Source: Candidatus Cryptobacteroides sp.
Lineage (GTDB): Bacteria > Bacteroidota > Bacteroidia > Bacteroidales > UBA932
DNA length: 37,757 nucleotides
Direction: 5' to 3'
NCBI GenBank assembly: GCA_051889815.1
Contig: JBJFDD010000040.1
Span: 1-37,757, forward strand
In this document: positions 8,825 through 18,091 of the stretch, in pieces
Layout: every line of letters starts with the position of its first letter
Numbering within the stretch: the first letter of the stretch is position 1
Program-made: the position numbers and the translations under genes
Notes under the pieces: generated by a model
What the model saw: only the letters and a program-made list of their open reading frames with translations
What the model was told of the DNA's origin: nothing
Databases searched by the model: none

Positions 8825-10417
8825 TCAATGTTTGAAATGTCTCTCGCCTGTGAAGAGCATGGAGATTCCGAGCTCGTCACATTTCTTTATCGAGTCCGCG
8901 TCACGGACAGATCCTCCCGGCTGGACGATGGCCTTGACGCCGTACTCGGCAGCCAGGGTCACACAGTCGTCGAACGGGAAGAAAGCATCTGATGCGAGCA
9001 CCAGCCCTGCCTTGCGGGCAACTTCCTTCTCATCCAGGGAGCTGGCATCGGCTCCGGTGGCGGCAGCTTCCTCTTCGGCAAGAGTGTGCGCTGCCTGTTT
9101 CAGGGCAATCTCGGCTGAGCCGACCCTGTTCATCTGTCCTGCGCCCACGCCATAGACCATTCCGGCCTTTCCGACGACGATAGCGTTGGACTTGACGTGC
9201 TTGACTATCCTCCAGGTGAAGTTGAGGTCCGCAATCTGGGCATCAGTCGGCTTCGCTTCGGTCACACACTGCTCCGCCGTTGCAGCTACTATTCCGAGAT
9301 CCTGGTTCTGGACGAGCAGGCCTCCGTTGACACTGACACAGGCCATCTGCTCCTTGACATCACCATCCATCCTGACCTCCAGAAGCCTGAGGTTCTTCTT
9401 CGTCTGAAGAAGTTCGAGCGCCTCCGGAGCGAAGGAAGGAGCCATCACGATTTCGAGGAAAATCGGCTTCAGCATCTGTGCCACCTCGAGGGTAACCTCG
9501 CGGTTGAATGCAACGATGCCTCCGAAGATGGAAGTCTTGTCCCCCTCATAGGCCTTCTTCCAGGCCTGGGCGATGTCCTCTCCGGTGCCGGCCCCGCAAG
9601 GATTCATGTGCTTGAGACCAACTGCGAAAGGTTCCTTGAACTCGCGTACGATGTTCAGCGCGGCATTGGCATCCTGGATGTTGTTGTAGGAAAGTTCCTT
9701 TCCGTTCAGCTGGCGCGCAGTGGCCAATGAATATGGAACCTCGGCGGCAGTCCTGTAGAACTTGGCTGCCTGGTGTGGGTTCTCACCGTAGCGCAGTTCC
9801 TGCTTGATGTCATATTCAAGGAAAAGTTTTTCCGGAAGTCCTGCCTGTGCCCGCATGTAGGTGGCAATCGCGCAGTCGTACTGGGCTGTGTGGGTGTAGG
9901 CCTTTGCCGAAAGGGCAAGGCGGGTCTCAGGAGTGGTCGAACCGTTCTCCCTGAGTTCGGAAAGCACTGTGGCATAGTCCTCGGGATTGACGACTATTGT
10001 CACGCTCTGCCAGTTCTTGGCTGCGCTGCGGACCATTGAAGGGCCTCCGATGTCGATGTGCTCGATTGCATCTTCGAGAGTCACGTCCGGCTTGGCGATA
10101 GTCTCGCGGAACGGATAGAGGTTGACGCAGACAAGGTCGATGGTTTCGATGCCGTTGTCGGCAATCTGCTTCATGTGGTCAGGGATATCCCTCCTTGCAA
10201 GAAGGGCTCCGTGGATCTTGGGATGGAGAGTCTTGACCCTGCCGTCACAGATCTCCGGGAATCCCGTGACATCGCTGACCGAAGTCACCGGAAGGCCTGC
10301 TTCCTTCAACATCTTCATGGTACCGCTGGTGGAGAGTATCTCCCAACCCATGGCCACCAGTTCGCGGGCGAAATCTACTACGCCCGTCTTGTCACTGACA
10401 CTGATTAATGCTCGCAT
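8825..10417 (-). CDS. purH: Bifunctional AICAR transformylase/IMP cyclohydrolase
   Basis: Motifs ALISVSDK, GRVKTLHP, IDIGGP, RYGENPHQ, KHMNPCG, ASDAFFPF and terminal RHFKH. Confidence 0.98.
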   Translation of the reverse strand: MRALISVSDKTGVVDFARELVAMGWEILSTSGTMKMLKEAGLPVTSVSDVTGFPEICDGRVKTLHPKIHGALLARRDIPDHMKQIADNGIETIDLVCVNLYPFRETIAKPDVTLEDAIEHIDIGGPSMVRSAAKNWQSVTIVVNPEDYATVLSELRENGSTTPETRLALSAKAYTHTAQYDCAIATYMRAQAGLPEKLFLEYDIKQELRYGENPHQAAKFYRTAAEVPYSLATARQLNGKELSYNNIQDANAALNIVREFKEPFAVGLKHMNPCGAGTGEDIAQAWKKAYEGDKTSIFGGIVAFNREVTLEVAQMLKPIFLEIVMAPSFAPEALELLQTKKNLRLLEVRMDGDVKEQMACVSVNGGLLVQNQDLGIVAATAEQCVTEAKPTDAQIADLNFTWRIVKHVKSNAIVVGKAGMVYGVGAGQMNRVGSAEIALKQAAHTLAEEEAAATGADASSLDEKEVARKAGLVLASDAFFPFDDCVTLAAEYGVKAIVQPGGSVRDADSIKKCDELGISMLFTGERHFKH

Positions 10418-10444
10418 ATCTGATTGTATGATTCGACTCGTTTA

Positions 10445-11479
10445 TCAAAGAAGATGGATTTCGACTCCCGGCTTGCCGGTGACCTTTCCGATGACGGTCG
10501 CCTTGTCCCCGTGGGCGGCAAGGATATCGATTGCCTTCTGCGCCTCGGACTCGTCCAGGGCGATGACCATGCCGACACCCATGTTGAATATGTTGAACAT
10601 CTCCCTGTGAGGAATGTTGCCCCACTTCTCGAGGAAGCGGAAAATCGGAAGGATGGTCCAGGTACCCTCCTCGACCTCGATTCCCTGGCCGGGACGGAGG
10701 ATCCTCGGGATGTTCTCGTCAAAGCCTCCGCCGGTGATGTGTGCCACACCGTGGACATCGCAGTTGCGGATCACGTCGAGAACCTGCTTGACATAGATCC
10801 TTGTCGGAGTGAGGGCGACAAGGCCAAGGGGCTGGTCGCTTTCAAGTTCAGGATAGACCTTGTGCAGGTCGAGGGCGTTGTCCGAGAAAATCTTGCGGAC
10901 AAGGCTGAAACCGTTGCTGTGGACACCTGTGGAGGCGATTCCGACAAGGACGTCCCCTTCCTTTACCTTGGTTCCGTCAATCAGCTTGGACTTCTCCACG
11001 ACTCCTGTGGTGTAGCCCGCGATGTCATATTCACCGTCCTCATACATTCCGGGCATCTCGGCCGTTTCGCCGCCCACAAGGGCGCAGCCGGCCTGGCGGC
11101 AACCTTCCGCGACTCCGGAGACAATTGCTTCAACCACCTCCGGGCGGGTCTTCCCCTGGGCGACATAGTCAAGAAACACAAGCGGTTCCGCTCCCTGGGC
11201 GAGGACGTCATTGACGCACATGGCGACCGCGTCTATCCCGATCGTGTCGTGCTTGTCCATCGCAAAAGCCAGCTTGAGCTTGGTACCGACTCCGTCCGTA
11301 CCGCTGACAAGAACCGGTTCCTTCACTCCCAGAACCGAAAGGTCGAACATTCCTCCGAACGACCCGATGTTACCCATAACACCGACCCTGTCGGTGGAAG
11401 CCACGTGCTTCTTGATCCTGCGGACCACGTCATAACCTGCTTCGAGGCTGACGCCTGCCTTCTCGTAATCAACTGCCAT
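10445..11479 (-). CDS. purM: Phosphoribosylformylglycinamidine cyclo-ligase (AIR synthetase)
   Basis: Starts [10 protein letters not shown] at ATG 11479 (344 aa). Motifs [29 protein letters not shown] and FNMG. Confidence 0.97.
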   Translation of the reverse strand: MAVDYEKAGVSLEAGYDVVRRIKKHVASTDRVGVMGNIGSFGGMFDLSVLGVKEPVLVSGTDGVGTKLKLAFAMDKHDTIGIDAVAMCVNDVLAQGAEPLVFLDYVAQGKTRPEVVEAIVSGVAEGCRQAGCALVGGETAEMPGMYEDGEYDIAGYTTGVVEKSKLIDGTKVKEGDVLVGIASTGVHSNGFSLVRKIFSDNALDLHKVYPELESDQPLGLVALTPTRIYVKQVLDVIRNCDVHGVAHITGGGFDENIPRILRPGQGIEVEEGTWTILPIFRFLEKWGNIPHREMFNIFNMGVGMVIALDESEAQKAIDILAAHGDKATVIGKVTGKPGVEIHLL

Positions 11480-11510
11480 TTGATGTATTTGTTGTGGTTT
11501 ATTCAATATG

Positions 11511-11518
11511 CAAAGATA
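11511..11518 (-). promoter_or_regulatory. Bacteroidota -7 promoter box for purM-purH-purD-folD
   Basis: TATCTTTG(CA) on the minus strand, 31 bp upstream of the purM ATG. Confidence 0.7.
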
Positions 11519-11535
11519 ACCAATAAGCAAAGAGT

Positions 11536-11570
11536 AAAAAAGAACTTGCCCGCAAGAATTGGACAAGTTC
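11536..11570 (-). terminator. Intrinsic terminator after recO
   Basis: Minus strand GAACTTGTCC-N9-GGGCAAGTTC (10-bp stem with one G-U pair) followed by TTTTTT. Confidence 0.75.
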
Positions 11571-11579
11571 CACAAGTTT

Positions 11580-12230
11580 TCAGCCAAAGATGTCGCGAAG
11601 TACCGCAAGGGACCGGACATTGAGCGAAGACTCTGTGTGGTGGGAGATGTACTTGAGGATGGACGCGGCAATCTCATTCCTGCCCTCACCGTTCAGAGGC
11701 AGGAGCAGGGCCTCCTCAAATGGGCTGGCCAGAAGGTGGCTGACACTGTCGTACCGGTCTCCGACAAAGGGCGCGAGATCCTCCATCCCGGGACTGAAGC
11801 CCAGGGCGGAACACAAGCCCAGCAGGAACAGCAGATGGAAATTGGAAAAGTCCCCCTGCAGGACATCCAGGGCCAGTACCTGTCCTTTCACCCAGTCGGC
11901 AAGACCATCCTCCGGCTCCAGTTCACGGACTACCCTGAAAAGGACCTCGCCCATGAAGAGGGTCATGGTGTTCTTGTAGATGTTGGTCCTGATGCCGTTC
12001 AGCGGAGAGACACAAGTGAAGTTCTTCGCATGCCAGAGTTCGGACTTGGGATTCTCGGTCACCTCCGCCTCCAGGATATTCAAAGGCATGAAGAGGGTCA
12101 TCGATGCCTTGGGACTGACCCTGAGGAGAAAGCCTCTCCTGCCGAATTCCCTGCTCAAGGTGTGCAGTACAATCGAGTTCTCCCCGAACTTGGTGCTGCT
12201 TATGACAATCAGTTCCGCCTTGGACTTCAT
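11580..12230 (-). CDS. recO: DNA repair protein RecO
   Basis: N-terminal OB fold ([27 protein letters not shown]) followed by a helical domain. ATG 12230 is preferred because it avoids overlap with rdgB. Confidence 0.85.
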   Translation of the reverse strand: MKSKAELIVISSTKFGENSIVLHTLSREFGRRGFLLRVSPKASMTLFMPLNILEAEVTENPKSELWHAKNFTCVSPLNGIRTNIYKNTMTLFMGEVLFRVVRELEPEDGLADWVKGQVLALDVLQGDFSNFHLLFLLGLCSALGFSPGMEDLAPFVGDRYDSVSHLLASPFEEALLLPLNGEGRNEIAASILKYISHHTESSLNVRSLAVLRDIFG

Positions 12231-12249
12231 CTGACCGCTGCTTTTGAAT

Positions 12250-12864
12250 TCACCGGCCGTCTCCCGGAAGCCCATGGAGGAAGGCCGCCATCGCCCGGAG
12301 AGCCTTTCCCCTGTGCGAAATCTCGTTCTTCTGTTCCTCGGAGATGTCCGCGGCGGTCATCCCGGGATATTCAAGAGGAATGAATATGGGGTCGTACCCG
12401 AAACCGCCATTCCCGGACTTTTCCCGCGCGATTTCGCCCTCCATCGTCCCCTCGAACTGATAGGTCTTCCCGTCGAGGATCAGCGTCACGACGCTCCTGA
12501 AACGCGCCCTGCGGCTGACCGGCTTCCCCTTTGCCTCAAGAGCCGAGAGTTCCGAAAGGACTTTGTCCATGTTGAGATCGAAATCCTTCGATTCGCCGGC
12601 ATACCTTGCGGTGTACACCCCGGGAGCCCCTCCCAGTGCATCCACCTCCAGTCCTGTGTCATCCGCAAAACAGTCGCAGCCTTTCATCCTGTAGATGAAT
12701 TCCGCTTTCTGCCGGGAATTTTCCTCAAGCGTGTCACCTGTTTCCGGAATGTCTCCGGTTATCCCGAAATCCGAAGGAGTGAAAAGTTCGAAGTCCCCTC
12801 CCAGGATTTCTGACGCTTCGCGGAGCTTGCCGCGGTTGCCGGTTGCAAAAACTATCTTCGTCAT
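12250..12864 (-). CDS. rdgB: RdgB/HAM1 non-canonical purine NTP pyrophosphatase
   Basis: Motifs ATGNRGKLRE, ADDTGL, GFGYDPIF and KNEISHRGKA. Confidence 0.96.
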   Translation of the reverse strand: MTKIVFATGNRGKLREASEILGGDFELFTPSDFGITGDIPETGDTLEENSRQKAEFIYRMKGCDCFADDTGLEVDALGGAPGVYTARYAGESKDFDLNMDKVLSELSALEAKGKPVSRRARFRSVVTLILDGKTYQFEGTMEGEIAREKSGNGGFGYDPIFIPLEYPGMTAADISEEQKNEISHRGKALRAMAAFLHGLPGDGR

Positions 12865-12883
12865 CTGAATTTGTTTTCTTCTA

Positions 12884-12907
12884 CAAAGATAAAAAATCTT
12901 AACTTTG
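12884..12907. promoter_or_regulatory. Divergent pair of -7 boxes for rdgB-recO and the S41 protease
   Basis: TATCTTTG on the minus strand (12884-12891) and TAACTTTG on the plus strand (12900-12907). Confidence 0.65.
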
Positions 12908-12911
12908 TTTC

Positions 12912-12927
12912 CGGCATGGCACTTGCA
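12912..12927 (+). promoter_or_regulatory. Candidate sigma54 (-24/-12) promoter
   Basis: CGGCATG-GCAC-TTGCA versus consensus TGGCACG-N4-TTGCW, with exact GG-N10-GC spacing. Confidence 0.5.
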
Positions 12928-12964
12928 CTATGTTGCCCGGCCGCCATTTTAACGGAAAACAACA

Positions 12965-14581
12965 ATGAACATGAAAAGAATATTGGCCCTGGGCATCCTG
13001 GTTTCAGCCCTCGGCACTGCCAGTTACGCACAGTCTGAATCCTTCAAGCTCGGCAAGTGGACCGAAATCAACAACGCCATACTCAAGGAACTGGACAGGT
13101 CCTATGTCGACTCCCTGCCTCTGGACAGGATCGAGAAGGCCGGCATCCGGGCCATGCTGGAAAGCCTTGACCCCTACACCGTCTACATCCCTGAGGAGGA
13201 CAACGAGGACCTCCAGCTGATGATTGCAAAAACCTACGGCGGCATCGGCGCCGTCATCTACAAGCCGGAGAAGGACGGGAATGTCATCATCAACGAACCC
13301 TACAAGGGCAGTCCAGCCGACAAGTACGGCCTCCGCTGCGGCGATGAGATTCTTGAAATCGACGGGGCCTCGACCCACGGCCTGAGCACCCAGGAAGCAT
13401 CCGACAGGATGAAAGGCAAACCCGGCACAAGCGTGAAGTTCAAAGTGAAGAAGGTGCGCACGGGAGAGATTGTGGACATCGACGTGGTACGCGAGCGGAT
13501 CCATCTCCCCGATGTTGAATATGCCGGGATGCTCGACGACACCACCGGCTACATCTACCAGAGCGGTTTCACCCAGAATGTCTCCTCAGACATCCGCAAT
13601 GCAGTCCTCAAACTCAAGAAGGAAGGGATGCAGAAACTCGTACTCGACCTCAGGGGCAATGGAGGCGGCCTGATGGGAGAAGCCATCGACATCGTCTCGC
13701 TCTTCGTGCCGAAAGGCTCGCTTGTTGTCACCTCGAAAGGACTTGCAGAAGGCTCCGAGACACATTTCAGGACCAAATACGACCCGATAGACACCGAGAT
13801 TCCGATCATCGTGATGGTCGATTCCGGTTCTGCTTCGGCCTCCGAAATCGTGAGCGGCGCCCTCCAGGACCTCGACAGGGCCACAATCTGCGGCACCAGG
13901 ACCTTCGGGAAGGGCCTGGTCCAGAGCATCCGCCCTCTTCCATACAACGGACAGCTGAAAATCACCACCGCCAAATACTACACCCCGTCCGGCCGTTGCG
14001 TCCAGGCCATCGACTACTCCAACCGCAATGAGGACGGCAGTGTCGGGCATATTCCGGATTCCCTCACCCACGAATTCAAGACCGCGCACGGGAGGACCGT
14101 ACGCGACGGCGGCGGAATCACACCCGACCACATCATCGAGGCAAAGGACTACAGCAGGCTCACATATTCCCTTGTCACTTCCGGCGTCATCCAGAACTAC
14201 GCCATCGAATTCGCGCGCAAGCACGAGAGTGTCGAGGAGGACTTCCACCTGACAGACGAGATGTGGAATGACTTCGTTGAATATGCCGGGACGCAGACCT
14301 TCGACTACCGTTCCAGCGCCATGACCCTGCTGGACATGATGAAGAAGGAACTCGAACAGGATGGCTTGGGCGAAGCTGTCGCAGAACAGACTGCCGCCCT
14401 GCAGAAGGCCCTGGAGATGGACAAGGAAACTTTCCTCAACCTCAAAAGGCAGGAGATACAACCGTTCATCGAAGAGGAAATCGTCGTCCGCTACCACTTC
14501 CAGGAGGCCGGTATCAAAATCCGCCTTCGCTACGATGACCAGTTGCGGGAGGCGTTGACAAAACCCCTGGTCGAATTCTGA
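12965..14581 (+). CDS. S41A C-terminal processing protease (PDZ + peptidase)
   Basis: Signal peptide, LDPYT, PDZ YGGIG, DLRGNGGG, catalytic SASASE and TFGKGLVQ. Confidence 0.95.
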   Translation: MNMKRILALGILVSALGTASYAQSESFKLGKWTEINNAILKELDRSYVDSLPLDRIEKAGIRAMLESLDPYTVYIPEEDNEDLQLMIAKTYGGIGAVIYKPEKDGNVIINEPYKGSPADKYGLRCGDEILEIDGASTHGLSTQEASDRMKGKPGTSVKFKVKKVRTGEIVDIDVVRERIHLPDVEYAGMLDDTTGYIYQSGFTQNVSSDIRNAVLKLKKEGMQKLVLDLRGNGGGLMGEAIDIVSLFVPKGSLVVTSKGLAEGSETHFRTKYDPIDTEIPIIVMVDSGSASASEIVSGALQDLDRATICGTRTFGKGLVQSIRPLPYNGQLKITTAKYYTPSGRCVQAIDYSNRNEDGSVGHIPDSLTHEFKTAHGRTVRDGGGITPDHIIEAKDYSRLTYSLVTSGVIQNYAIEFARKHESVEEDFHLTDEMWNDFVEYAGTQTFDYRSSAMTLLDMMKKELEQDGLGEAVAEQTAALQKALEMDKETFLNLKRQEIQPFIEEEIVVRYHFQEAGIKIRLRYDDQLREALTKPLVEF

Positions 14582-14597
14582 CCAGGCAAACCGGGAA

Positions 14598-15596
14598 CTA
14601 CTTGCCGATGAAACTTGTAAGGCAGGTCATTCCGCCCTCTCCGGGACGGAAGACCAGGTTGTGACTTGTAGCGGGTACAAGCACAGTCTCGCCCTGGCGG
14701 AGGGAGACCTCGTGCACGCTGCCATCGGATTCGCTGTCGACTAGAGTTCCGTAACCATCGACACAGACAACCGCAAGAAATGAATCAAGGGCGGAAAGGT
14801 CTTTTGAATATTCCTTCGTCATCGCAATCCTGCAGGCGGTGAAGTACTCGCATTCCACAAGGTTGACGTCTTCGTCCATGATGTCGGGATACCCGGTCCT
14901 GTAGTTTGAAGAGACGGAAAAGTCGATGGCTTCCCTCGCCTGGGCTATGTGAAGCTCGCGCAGGGAACCGTCCAGGCCCAGACGTCCATAGTCATAGATC
15001 CTGTAGGTAAGGTCGCTCGGAGGCTGGATTTCGACAACCAGGGTGCCGGCGCCGATGGCGTGGATCCTCCCGGCAGGAAGAAAGAAGACATCCCCCGGAG
15101 AGACAACGTGGCTTGAGAGGAGATCTGTGATCGTGTTGTTCCGTACGTGCTCGTCATACTCCTGCGGAGTCACCGGTCCGGAAAAGCCGCTGGTCAGGCG
15201 GGCTCCCTTGTCAGCCCCGATGACATACCACATCTCGGACTTGCCCCTGTGGCCGGGGTTCAGCCTCTGCGCCGTGGCATCGTCCGGATGGACCTGGATT
15301 GAGAGGTCGCTCTCCGCGTCAATCAACTTGACAAGCAGCGGGAATTCGGTCCCATAGGCTGCAAAAAGCCTGTCACCTACAATCTGCGGACCGTAAAGCT
15401 CCATTGCCCGGGTAAGGCTGAGGCCGTCAAGTGGTCCTCCGCAAACCACTGAAACAGAGCCCGGAACAGAAGAAATCTCCCAGCTCTCCCCGACCTTGGG
15501 CAGGTCTGTGGACAGACCTTTGTAGGCGGAGATCCTGTCACCGCCCCAGACCTTGGTCTTGAATATGGGCACAAACTTGAGAGGAAACAATGCCAT
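14598..15596 (-). CDS. manA: Class I mannose-6-phosphate isomerase
   Basis: Motifs VWGG, GESWE, FPLLVKLIDA, LSIQVHP, KSEMWY and TYRIYDY. Confidence 0.92.
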   Translation of the reverse strand: MALFPLKFVPIFKTKVWGGDRISAYKGLSTDLPKVGESWEISSVPGSVSVVCGGPLDGLSLTRAMELYGPQIVGDRLFAAYGTEFPLLVKLIDAESDLSIQVHPDDATAQRLNPGHRGKSEMWYVIGADKGARLTSGFSGPVTPQEYDEHVRNNTITDLLSSHVVSPGDVFFLPAGRIHAIGAGTLVVEIQPPSDLTYRIYDYGRLGLDGSLRELHIAQAREAIDFSVSSNYRTGYPDIMDEDVNLVECEYFTACRIAMTKEYSKDLSALDSFLAVVCVDGYGTLVDSESDGSVHEVSLRQGETVLVPATSHNLVFRPGEGGMTCLTSFIGK

Positions 15597-15625
15597 AGGT
15601 CAAATTGAAACTCTGTTACCAAATA

Positions 15626-15686
15626 CAAATTTAACCAAATATTCAATAATAGATAATATACTTTAGTCTTTCGTTTAGTAACTTTG
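15626..15686. promoter_or_regulatory. Divergent promoters for manA and rnr
   Basis: TAAATTTG on the minus strand (15626-15633) and TAACTTTG on the plus strand (15679-15686) in an AT-rich spacer. Confidence 0.6.
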
Positions 15687-15712
15687 TAATCAATATTGAA
15701 GTGAATTAATTT

Positions 15713-18091
15713 ATGAGCAGAAGAAACGGGCGCTCAAGAAGCGCCGGAAGCAGCAGAAAGACCTCCGGGAAGAACCGAGACAGGCAGTTCGGTTCAAGAG
15801 GAAAGAAAAAGAAGATTTTTGCAGAAGTCACCGGAAAAGTCCAGATGACCAGGGACGGTTTTGTCTTCGTCATCATCGAAGGAGAGCCTGACAACGATGT
15901 GTTCGTAAAAGCCTCGAAAACCCGCGGAGCCCTGCACGGGGACATCGTAAGATGTGCCGTAACCAGGGAAAAGACCCCGGAGGACACCCCTTCACCAAAG
16001 GGCAGGTCCAGGGGCGGCGACAGACGCCGCGAAGGAGAAATCATCGAGATAGTCGAGAGAAGCGGCAGGCCGTTCGTGGGCATCCTGCACATGGTCGGTG
16101 CCCAGGCCTGGGTGCTGATGCAGTCCAGGACAATGCCATACGACATATTCATTCCTTTCGAGACCCTTCCGCAGGGTGCCTCCCGCGGAATGAAAGTCGC
16201 CGCCGTCGTGGATGAATGGAAAAAAGGCGACCCGACTCCGACAGGGCACATTGTGGACATCCTCGGTGCGCCCGGGGAGAACGAGACCGAGATGCATGCG
16301 ATTCTCGCTGAATATGGTCTCCCGTACAGATTCTCCCCGGAGGTTGAGAATGCCGCCGACAGCATCTCCGATGCCATCACGGAAAAGGACCTGAAGGGAC
16401 GCCGCGACTTCCGCGACACCCTCACCTTCACAATAGACCCCGAAGATGCGAAAGACTTCGATGACGCCCTGTCATTCAAGAGATTGCCTAACGGCAACTT
16501 CGAAGTAGGAGTCCACATCGCCGACGTGTCCTACTACGTGACCCCGGGCTCGATCGTCGACAAGGAAGCCCAGGAACGCGGTACTTCAGTCTATCTTGTA
16601 GACAGGACTGTGCCGATGCTTCCGGAAAAGCTTTCCAACAAGCTCTGCTCGCTTCGCCCTGCCGAAGACAAGCTGACTTTCTCCGCCGTCTTCGAGCTCA
16701 ATCAGGATGCCGTGACTGTCAGTCAATGGTTCGGCCGCACAGTGATCCGCTCCGACTACCGTTTCGCCTACGAAACAGCCCAGCAGATCATCGACAACGG
16801 GCAGGCATCCCTTGACATGGAACTAAGGGGCGGTACCGACGGGAAAAGCGGTTCCTCTGCTCAGAGGCAGGAAGCGATGATGGGCCAGGGAGTCTTGGAA
16901 GGCTGCCTGATTCCCGGGGAACTCAAGGAAGCAATCCTGGAACTCCACCGTCTTGCCACCATATTGAGGAAGCGCCGTTTCGCACCCGGTGCCATCAGCT
17001 TCGAACGCCCGGAGATGAAGGTCGAGGTGGCCTCCACCGGCCGGCCGGTAAGGGTCTACGAGAAAATCAGCCGCGAAGCCAACTGGCTCATCGAGGAGTT
17101 CATGCTTCTTGCAAACAGGTCTGTCGCAGAGTTCATCGCCACTTCCGGCAACATGAACGGCAAGGCCGACAAGAATGCCAAGACCTTCATCTACCGAATC
17201 CACGGCGAACCTAACACTGACAAGATCACATCCCTGAACAAGTTCGCCGGCAATTTCGGCTACAAGATGGGCCCTGTCGGCAACGGACGCGAGATTGCAA
17301 GGTCACTCAACAGCCTTCTGGACGAGTCCAAGGGCAAGCCGGAGTGCAATGCCTTCCAGATGATTGCCCTCCGTTCGATGGCGAAGGCCGTTTACAGCAC
17401 TGAGAACATCGGCCACTACGGACTGGCATTCAAGTTCTACACCCACTTCACCTCACCGATCAGGCGCTACCCGGACACAATGGTCCACAGGCTTCTGGCA
17501 ATGTACCTCGACAATGCCGCCAGCCAGGACCAGGGCTACTACGAAGCGCAGTGCGTCCACGCTTCGGAGCGCGAGCAGATTGCCGCCAATGCCGAACGCG
17601 ACAGCATCAAGTACAAGCTCATTGAATACATGACCGACAAGGTCGGACAGACTTTCGACGGCACAATCTCCGGACTCACCGAATGGGGAATGTACGTGGA
17701 AATCCAGCCGACAATGATCGAGGGCATGGTGGCCATGCGCGACATCAAATCCGACTTCTACGATTTTGACGAGGAGAATTACCTGATCCGGGGCAAGCGC
17801 ACAGGAAGGATTTTCCGTCTCGGGGATCCGGTCACAATCCGTGTCAAGGCTGCCAACCTGGAGCAGAGGCTACTCGACTACGAACTGGTTGACACCACCG
17901 GGGAGCAGACAGCCTCGGACCCCGGCTCTCCGGCCGTTGCTCCAGAGCAGGAAACCAGGCCGAGAAAGCCTGCAAGGACCAGAAGAGCCGAAAAGTCAGA
18001 AAAGACCGGAGAAAGCCCAAAGCGCAAGTCAGCTTCTTCGAGGAGCAAAGGCGAAGGTTCCCGCAACCGAAAGAAGAGCGAGAATCAGTAG
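15713..18091 (+). CDS. rnr: Ribonuclease R
   Basis: Motifs TIDPEDAKDFDDA, HIADVS, IEEFMLLAN and HFTSPIRRYPD, plus an S1 domain and a basic C-terminal tail. Confidence 0.97.
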   Translation: MSRRNGRSRSAGSSRKTSGKNRDRQFGSRGKKKKIFAEVTGKVQMTRDGFVFVIIEGEPDNDVFVKASKTRGALHGDIVRCAVTREKTPEDTPSPKGRSRGGDRRREGEIIEIVERSGRPFVGILHMVGAQAWVLMQSRTMPYDIFIPFETLPQGASRGMKVAAVVDEWKKGDPTPTGHIVDILGAPGENETEMHAILAEYGLPYRFSPEVENAADSISDAITEKDLKGRRDFRDTLTFTIDPEDAKDFDDALSFKRLPNGNFEVGVHIADVSYYVTPGSIVDKEAQERGTSVYLVDRTVPMLPEKLSNKLCSLRPAEDKLTFSAVFELNQDAVTVSQWFGRTVIRSDYRFAYETAQQIIDNGQASLDMELRGGTDGKSGSSAQRQEAMMGQGVLEGCLIPGELKEAILELHRLATILRKRRFAPGAISFERPEMKVEVASTGRPVRVYEKISREANWLIEEFMLLANRSVAEFIATSGNMNGKADKNAKTFIYRIHGEPNTDKITSLNKFAGNFGYKMGPVGNGREIARSLNSLLDESKGKPECNAFQMIALRSMAKAVYSTENIGHYGLAFKFYTHFTSPIRRYPDTMVHRLLAMYLDNAASQDQGYYEAQCVHASEREQIAANAERDSIKYKLIEYMTDKVGQTFDGTISGLTEWGMYVEIQPTMIEGMVAMRDIKSDFYDFDEENYLIRGKRTGRIFRLGDPVTIRVKAANLEQRLLDYELVDTTGEQTASDPGSPAVAPEQETRPRKPARTRRAEKSEKTGESPKRKSASSRSKGEGSRNRKKSENQ

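Noticed and set aside
10424-11623. 399-aa plus-strand ORF and similar long antisense ORFs (e.g. 8114-8992, 13586-14497, 22779-23735, 24820-25989)
   Set aside because: They mirror well-supported genes on the opposite strand, as expected from GC-rich codon usage, and carry no motifs of their own.
11480-11689. 70-aa N-terminal extension of PurM in the ORF track
   Set aside because: It runs through the promoter, the recO terminator and the recO 3' end; homology begins at MAVDY (11479).
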